Assembly: GCA_934667425.1 (NCBI GenBank)
Contig: CAKULV010000012.1
Span: forward strand, 767 to 64,766
Origin: an uncultured Kiritimatiellota bacterium
Lineage (GTDB): Bacteria > Verrucomicrobiota > Kiritimatiellia > RFP12 > UBA1067
Direction: 5' to 3'
DNA length: 64,000 nt
Part shown: positions 55,412 to 61,155 of the stretch, piece after piece
How positions within the stretch are numbered: the first letter of the stretch is position 1
Layout: every line of letters starts with the position of its first letter
The notes under the pieces: generated by a model
The model's database searches: none
Told to the model about the DNA's origin: nothing
What the model saw: the letters and a program-made list of their open reading frames with translations, nothing else
Position numbers and translations under genes: made by a program

Positions 55412-56311
55412 TCACTTCCCGTCGAACGATGCCGATGACAGCATCCTGTCGCAAAGTTCGGGGAAGGGGAGGCCCATCCGCTCTGCCGCTTTTGGGACGA
55501 GCGAGTGGCTGGTCATGCCGGGAAGCGTGTTCAGCTCCAGCACGAACGGGCGCGACTTGCCGTCTATGCGGAAATCCACGCGCACAGCGCCCCTGCACCC
55601 GCACGCCCTGTATGCATCGACCGCAGTCTGCTGGACGAACGGCAGGAACGGATCGTCCGGGAACTGGTAGCGGGTGTCGTTCGAATTGTACTTCTCCTCA
55701 TACCCGTACCAGCCGTTCTTCGCGCATATCTCGATTACTGGAAAAGGCTTGCCGTCCAGCACGGCCACGGTCATCTCCCGCCCGTCGATGAAATCCTCGA
55801 CCATGACCTCGCCCTTGCCGCCCTGCGCCGCAAACGCCGCTTCTAGCGCAGGCTTCCATTCCTCGGGGGACATGACCTTGGATATGCCGACAGACGATCC
55901 GTCGCACGGCGGCTTCACCACCACCGGAAGCGGCAGCGGGGATCCCGCCGCATCGCGCGATGCTAGAGACCATTTCGCCGTGGGGACACCCTTCATCTCA
56001 AGCACGAGCTTCGTCTTCATCTTGTCCATGGCGATCTGCGAAGACATCGCCCCCGGTCCCGTGTATGGGATGCGCCTTTCGTCCAGGGCCGTCTGCACGC
56101 CTCCGGATTCACCCCATCCTCCGTGCAGGGCGAGAAAGCACGCGTCGCATTCTGGAACCGCCCTTGTCGAGTTCTCGTCAAGCACAACCGGAACCACCTC
56201 GTACTTGCCAAGCGAGGCAAGCGCTTCGGCCACATTCTTGCCGCTCGCAAGCGACACCTCCCGCTCATTGGAGATGCCGCCCATCAATACGCATATTTTC
56301 TTGCGATTCAT
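55412..56311 (-). CDS. ddl: D-alanine--D-alanine ligase
   Basis: It begins MNRKKICVLMGGISNEREVSL, has an ATP-grasp pattern and ends LELNTLPGMT. I chose the start at 56311; the longer ORF would run through its own promoter. Confidence 0.9.
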   Translation of the reverse strand: MNRKKICVLMGGISNEREVSLASGKNVAEALASLGKYEVVPVVLDENSTRAVPECDACFLALHGGWGESGGVQTALDERRIPYTGPGAMSSQIAMDKMKTKLVLEMKGVPTAKWSLASRDAAGSPLPLPVVVKPPCDGSSVGISKVMSPEEWKPALEAAFAAQGGKGEVMVEDFIDGREMTVAVLDGKPFPVIEICAKNGWYGYEEKYNSNDTRYQFPDDPFLPFVQQTAVDAYRACGCRGAVRVDFRIDGKSRPFVLELNTLPGMTSHSLVPKAAERMGLPFPELCDRMLSSASFDGK

Positions 56312-56320
56312 ATGTGGTGG

Positions 56321-56329
56321 ATTATAGCA
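56321..56329 (-). promoter_or_regulatory. Extended -10 element TGCTATAAT (minus strand) for ddl, giving a very short or no leader
   Basis: The context is tttttGCTATAAT, followed by 9 nt and then ATG, with no SD. Confidence 0.5.
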
Positions 56330-56420
56330 AAAACGCATCCCACGCGCCATATGGGCATTCGGATCCGTGTGCGGTCGTCTCCACTCCGCATCGAGGGTGC
56401 GCACCTCTTGGCGCCATGAA

Positions 56421-56449
56421 TTGACTGGGTCGGGCCTTTTTGATACCAT
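56421..56449 (+). promoter_or_regulatory. Sigma-70-type promoter (TTGACT, 17 nt, TGaTACCAT) directly in front of a small ORF
   Basis: A good -35 sits at canonical spacing from a TGn extended -10. The ATG follows 6 nt after the hexamer. Confidence 0.45.
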
Positions 56450-56455
56450 GGCGCC

Positions 56456-56596
56456 ATGAAACCGACGGATCACTTTGCCTTGTCGAATTGCGCAGCCGCG
56501 GCCTGTGTGGCTTTGGGCCTTGCGGGCGTCGCCCACTCGGCCCAGGTCGTTGACTTGAACTGCGCATCGCTTAAGCTGAAGACCAAGGCACATTGA
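56456..56596 (+). CDS. Candidate leaderless small exported peptide (46 aa)
   Basis: The sequence is MKPTDHFALSNCAAAACVALGLAGVAHSAQVVDLNCASLKLKTKAH. It has a signal-peptide-like h-region with an AHS-A site and a short basic mature part. It is below the ORF-track cutoff. Confidence 0.35.
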   Translation: MKPTDHFALSNCAAAACVALGLAGVAHSAQVVDLNCASLKLKTKAH

Positions 56597-56617
56597 CTCC
56601 GCCACCCGCAAAAAAGA

Positions 56618-56641
56618 CTGTCAAAGGGGCCGGTTTGACAG
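56618..56641. other. 8-bp stem-loop (ctgtcaaa / tttgacag) flanked by A-runs on the plus strand, which are T-runs on the minus strand
   Basis: Read directly from the sequence. On the minus strand the hairpin is followed by tcttttttg, which looks like a terminator. On the plus strand it has no U-tail, and its right arm carries a TTGACA -35. Confidence 0.5.
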
Positions 56642-56661
56642 AAAAAAAAAACAGATATAAT
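56635..56661 (+). promoter_or_regulatory. Candidate promoter for the DUF4838 gene (TTGACA, 15 nt, TATAAT)
   Basis: Both hexamers are consensus but the spacer is short (15 nt, mostly an A10 run). It lies about 50 nt upstream of the ATG at 56711. Confidence 0.4.
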
Positions 56662-56710
56662 TGCCGCCGTTTCTAACCACAATGACCACAGAGAGGAGTG
56701 ATGTCAAGAT

Positions 56711-58582
56711 ATGACTGCAGAAAGAGAATTCAAAAGGCTGTTGACGACGTTCGCGTGTGTTTTCGCCGTTGCGTCTGCCGTGGCGTCGAATGATGTGCCG
56801 TCGCCGTCGGCCGAGTTGCGCCACCACCTTTCGCTCAAGGCCGAGACAGTCCCGTACAGGTTCGTTTTCGAGAAGCCTGCGGACGCCCCCGCCCCCGGCC
56901 CGTTCGAGAGCCATTACCGTGTTGACGGCGATACCGTGTGGTTCTGGGGCGACGATGGCGGCGGCGGTGCGGTGGACTACGGCGACAATCGCGGCAAGGT
57001 GTCCCTCGACCGCAAGGGGACGCTGTTCGCCGTAGAGCTCTTTGCCCAGCGCGAGCTCGGGATGAAGTTCCTCTGGCCCGGGGATGACGGGATCGTCGTC
57101 GAAAGGGTCGAGCGGCTGGCTCTGCCGACAAAGTCGGAAGGCTCCTTCGCTTCGACCATGCCGATGGCGAAGATACGCAATTATCCATGCTACAGCAATG
57201 TGCCATGGGACGAGGTGAAGGACTTCATGCCGCGCGAACTGTTTGACGCGCCGACGGGCAACGACTACGGAAGCCGTCTTCTCTGGCAGCTCCGCAACCG
57301 GCTTCAGGACCGCGAAGTCCTCCGGTATGGCCATGCGTTCACGAAATGGTGGGACCGCTTCGGGAAGGAGCATCCCGAATACTTCAACCTGCACATAGAC
57401 CAGAAGACCGGGGAGCGGACCCGCGGATACGTCAGTCCCTCGGCGACCAAAAAATGCGTAAAGCTGTGCTGCGGCAACGAGGCAGTCGTCGACCAGATCA
57501 TAGCGGACTGGAAGGCCGCCGGGGCCGGAAAGTTCCTGAACGTGTGCGAGAACGACTGGAGCTTCTGGTGCGAGTGCGACGGCTGCCGCGGCCTTGACGA
57601 GCCCAAGTACACCCCGGCCCAGCTTTTCTCGGATGACGTGCAGCTCACCGACCGCTACGTGAACCTCTGGAACAGGATCGCGAGGAAGGCTCGCGCCGTG
57701 CGCGAGGACGTGATGCTCATATCCTATGCGTACGCCACCTACCGCATGCCGCCGAGGCGTGAGAGGCTTGAGCATCCCGAAAACATGCTGATAGGCTTCG
57801 TGTACGCCCCGGAGGACGACTGGCGTGGCGCGATATCCGGTTGGGTCAAGGCGGGCCTCAGGCATTTCTTCTTCCGCCCCAACTTCTTCCACCACATGCT
57901 TTCCATCCCGCGCGGCCTTGAGAGGTTCGCGTTCGACCAGTTCCATGAACTCCGTGGAATGGGGCTGTACGGATGCGATTACGATGCGGATGACAACCGG
58001 ATGGTCGAGGCGATAGAGTTCTACGTGATGGCGCGTCTCTTTGCCGACCCGACGGCGAAGTTCGACGACATCGTGGCGGACTTCTATTCCGGCTATGGCC
58101 GGGCGGCCGATGCGGCCCGCGCCTACTTCGAGGATGTCCGCCGCTGCGGCGAGGCTGCCTTGCGGTGCGCAATCGAGGACAGGGTGGAGCGCACCGAGGA
58201 CTACGACGAGCCCCAGAAGCGCACCATCCCGCTCGGCGTCGCCTATAGGCGGCGAGAGGCGGACTTCGTGCGGCAGCTTGAAGCCCTCAAGAAGGCGGTC
58301 GAGGATCATCGGCGCAAAGGGGATTTGGGCGATGTGGAGATGAGGCGGCTTGTGCAGCTTCGCGCGCTTGCCGAGGAGAGCCTTCTCGCCTACCGCTTCA
58401 TGGTCGCCGCCGAGGGCAAGCCCGCCGCAGAGTTCGTCGCGAGGGCCGAGGCCCTTACCGCATTCAGGATGGAGAACAGGCACATCCTGCCGGACATCTA
58501 TTCGCACGTCTACCGCAAGTGGTGGGGCGAGGTGCGTTTCTGGAAGCTTTACATCAAAAAGAAAAGGCAATTGGGGAAGTGA
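56711..58582 (+). CDS. DUF4838-like exported protein (GH20-related fold, putative glycosidase)
   Basis: It has a signal peptide. The block CCGNEAVVDQI...WCECDGCR is a Cys motif typical of DUF4838 proteins, by my recollection. Confidence 0.6.
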   Translation: MTAEREFKRLLTTFACVFAVASAVASNDVPSPSAELRHHLSLKAETVPYRFVFEKPADAPAPGPFESHYRVDGDTVWFWGDDGGGGAVDYGDNRGKVSLDRKGTLFAVELFAQRELGMKFLWPGDDGIVVERVERLALPTKSEGSFASTMPMAKIRNYPCYSNVPWDEVKDFMPRELFDAPTGNDYGSRLLWQLRNRLQDREVLRYGHAFTKWWDRFGKEHPEYFNLHIDQKTGERTRGYVSPSATKKCVKLCCGNEAVVDQIIADWKAAGAGKFLNVCENDWSFWCECDGCRGLDEPKYTPAQLFSDDVQLTDRYVNLWNRIARKARAVREDVMLISYAYATYRMPPRRERLEHPENMLIGFVYAPEDDWRGAISGWVKAGLRHFFFRPNFFHHMLSIPRGLERFAFDQFHELRGMGLYGCDYDADDNRMVEAIEFYVMARLFADPTAKFDDIVADFYSGYGRAADAARAYFEDVRRCGEAALRCAIEDRVERTEDYDEPQKRTIPLGVAYRRREADFVRQLEALKKAVEDHRRKGDLGDVEMRRLVQLRALAEESLLAYRFMVAAEGKPAAEFVARAEALTAFRMENRHILPDIYSHVYRKWWGEVRFWKLYIKKKRQLGK

Positions 58583-58583
58583 C

Positions 58584-60968
58584 ATGAAGAAAATCGCAAT
58601 GCTGTCGCTCGCCGCGCTTTCTGCGCGGGCCGTTTGCGCGGAGGTGTCGTATGCCTACGATGATGCGGGCGAGACTCTGTTTGCTTCGATAGGCGCAGGC
58701 GAGACCAATTCGCTTGATTCCGCGCAATTGGGGAATTCGGTCAAGAGGCTGGTGAAAGTCGGCGAGGGCTGCCTCGTTTCCGCCGGACTTTCGTCCTTCA
58801 CAGGCGAGATACACGTCTCCAACGGCGTGTTTAAGGTGTCTGTGGCCGGAGATCTCGGCAAGACAGACTCCGCCGCAGATATTGTCGTCGCGAAGGGCGC
58901 GTCCATCTATTCCGAAATCGACGAATATGTGTGCTTCTTTGATACTGGCGTTTCAAGTCGGGGCGGCGCTCGCAAGAATGTGCGTCTCGCCGGCGTCGGG
59001 CATCCGTCATGCAGGGGATGCTGGGACAACGGCAGGAAGTCAGGAGAAATCAGGTGCTGCAACATCGTGTTGGAGGATGATGCGCAGATATGTGCATACG
59101 GCCAGTTCTCCCGCTGCAACATCACTTTTGGCGGCCATAGGCTGACGGTGCTCGGCGCGCATTCGACGGCGGCTTTCGGCTTCTACGGGTGCTATTTCCA
59201 CCCCGGATCCATTGACGTGACCAACGCGACGTTGACGTGCGATGGGGAGGTCCGGTTCGACGCGGGGGGAGGCACGATCACCTGCTGGAACAATGGATCG
59301 TGGTATTCGCGCGACTATCGCCTTTACGGGACTGGGTCGTGGACTACCCGGCTCGAGGAGGGCGGAGCCATAATGCAGCAGTCGAACATCGGCGAGCTCA
59401 GCGCCAATTCCACAAACCTCACTGCCGTATGGGAAGGCGCCGTGGTGGTGAACGGCAATGTGAAAGTCAACAACTATGCCCCCACAAGCAACACGGTCAC
59501 AAATCCCACAATAACGCTGAGCGGTCCGATTTCGGGGCAGGGCGACGTCCGGGTCGGGCCGGGGTGGCTCAACCTCAACGGGGATGCGTCTGTCTATGCG
59601 GGTTCGTGGTCAATTTGGGGACTGCCGTACGGTTCGACGGTAAAGAACGGGGCCGTAATGAAGCGGGGAGGGATGAAGCTTTGGCCGTATGCCACATACG
59701 GCTGTGGCGAAGGCGAGACGCTGCGCGTCGAAGAGGCCGATCTCGTCCTGCATGATCAGGGGATATTCGGCATTCCGTCCGTGACGTTCGCCTCGGGGAA
59801 GGTCAATACCCTCGTGGGCGGATTCTCGAACGACCACGACGGCATCGAGGGCCGGTCTGCGATAGGCGAGGTGGTCCAGTCCGGTGGAGGGGTCGGCTAT
59901 CTTGCGGCGGCGGCCAACATCTCGCTCGTCAAAGTGCTCGATGGCACACTTGCGCTCAAGCCGGAGTCGGAGTTCCTGCCTTATGGGCGCGCGGGACTGA
60001 TGGAGTTCACGACGTTCGAGTGGAATGACTCGACAAGGATCATCGGGCAAACGTATTCGACGCGTCAGGTGGAAGGCCCCGTAAAGGGATTCCTCAACGG
60101 GCGAGGCTTCTGGGAAACGTCATACAGGGCGGACAAGGATGCCTATATCGGTACGGCGCTTTACCATGGCTACATATGGAATCGCACTGGCGAGACGAAA
60201 ACCTGGGACTTCATCGCCAATTTCATAAATGGGGTCACCGTATACATTGATGGAGAGCCTAAGCTGCTGAATGCGAACATGATGGCGGATGGGTCGTCTG
60301 CAACCGCCACAAACCATTTCCGGCACGTGATGTCGCCGGGTCCGCATGAGATATACATCGGCTACGGCAAGTGGAGCGGTAGCGCGGGCGTGTCGCGCTT
60401 TTCGTCGGAAGGGCAGGCGGCATTGATGTACGATCCGGAAGGAAATGGGGTAGTGGGAAGCTTCGCTCCCTACCGGATCCTCAGGGATGATGGATCGGGG
60501 GAACTGCTCACGATCGACAGCGTCAGCCGGGATGATCTCGTCAGGGATGCCTACCTGCCGCGCATCGATACGCTGGACATGGCTTCCGGCACTACATTCG
60601 ACCTTGCGGGCAATGCCCTCACCGTCACCAATTTCATTGGCGCGGGGACGATATCGAACGGCACTCTCAAGATAGCCGGTTCGTTCAGGGCGAAGGCGTC
60701 TGATATCGGGAAATCCTTCGCCTGTGGCGCAGAGGCCACGGCCGTTCTGCTTGACGGCTCGATCGTCGGAGTGGACGACATTGATGCGTTCCTTGCGCTG
60801 CCAAGGGCAAAGAGGCACACGATATTTGCGGTGGACGGCGGCATAGGGGGCGAAGTCGTCGCAGACAGGGCGCTCGCCGACATCGGTTGGACAGTCGAAC
60901 GTTCTCCTGACGGCAATGCGCTTGAGCTTGTGCGGCATCTGCGCGGCATGGTGTTCGTATTCAGGTAG
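58584..60968 (+). CDS. Large exported beta-strand-repeat protein with a PA14-like domain
   Basis: It has a signal peptide (MKKIAMLSLAALSARAVCA), beta-helix-like repeats, and a PA14-like block YHGYIWNRTGETKTWDFIANFINGVTVYIDGE. Confidence 0.65.
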   Translation: MKKIAMLSLAALSARAVCAEVSYAYDDAGETLFASIGAGETNSLDSAQLGNSVKRLVKVGEGCLVSAGLSSFTGEIHVSNGVFKVSVAGDLGKTDSAADIVVAKGASIYSEIDEYVCFFDTGVSSRGGARKNVRLAGVGHPSCRGCWDNGRKSGEIRCCNIVLEDDAQICAYGQFSRCNITFGGHRLTVLGAHSTAAFGFYGCYFHPGSIDVTNATLTCDGEVRFDAGGGTITCWNNGSWYSRDYRLYGTGSWTTRLEEGGAIMQQSNIGELSANSTNLTAVWEGAVVVNGNVKVNNYAPTSNTVTNPTITLSGPISGQGDVRVGPGWLNLNGDASVYAGSWSIWGLPYGSTVKNGAVMKRGGMKLWPYATYGCGEGETLRVEEADLVLHDQGIFGIPSVTFASGKVNTLVGGFSNDHDGIEGRSAIGEVVQSGGGVGYLAAAANISLVKVLDGTLALKPESEFLPYGRAGLMEFTTFEWNDSTRIIGQTYSTRQVEGPVKGFLNGRGFWETSYRADKDAYIGTALYHGYIWNRTGETKTWDFIANFINGVTVYIDGEPKLLNANMMADGSSATATNHFRHVMSPGPHEIYIGYGKWSGSAGVSRFSSEGQAALMYDPEGNGVVGSFAPYRILRDDGSGELLTIDSVSRDDLVRDAYLPRIDTLDMASGTTFDLAGNALTVTNFIGAGTISNGTLKIAGSFRAKASDIGKSFACGAEATAVLLDGSIVGVDDIDAFLALPRAKRHTIFAVDGGIGGEVVADRALADIGWTVERSPDGNALELVRHLRGMVFVFR

Positions 60969-61095
60969 GGATCGGGCTTAGTGCAAGAATCGAGTTGACG
61001 CTGCCCGGCAGATCCAGGCATGAAAACGCATTCATCGTGGCACTCACATTGTGTGATATGTGAGGATTTGTTGCGCGATAGTATAGGCCTGGCGC

Positions 61096-61125
61096 TTGAT
61101 TTCCAAAAGGCAATTCGGCTATAAT
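61096..61125 (+). promoter_or_regulatory. Candidate promoter (TTGATT, 18 nt, TATAAT) for the last gene
   Basis: It lies 30 nt upstream of the ATG at 61156, with a gaaagg SD in between. Confidence 0.4.
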
Positions 61126-61155
61126 TGCGGGCATTGACGAGGAAAGGTATTGAAG

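Noticed and set aside
56618-56641. Hairpin considered as a plus-strand intrinsic terminator for the 46-aa ORF
   Set aside because: On the plus strand it is followed by an A10 run, not a U-tract. Only the minus-strand reading looks terminator-like, and no minus-strand gene lies upstream of it. I kept it as a structural observation only.
56621-58585. 654-aa minus-strand ORF opposite the DUF4838 gene
   Set aside because: It is an antisense shadow ORF. The plus-strand product has a signal peptide and family-typical Cys motifs.
61043-61064. Overlapping palindromes TCACA-ttg-TGTGA / ctcacat-N8-atgtgag, considered as a CRP/FNR-type operator
   Set aside because: The half-site orientation and spacing (TCACA-N3-TGTGA) do not fit the TGTGA-N6-TCACA CRP consensus. 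The site is about 55 nt upstream of the candidate -35. There is too little evidence to call it.
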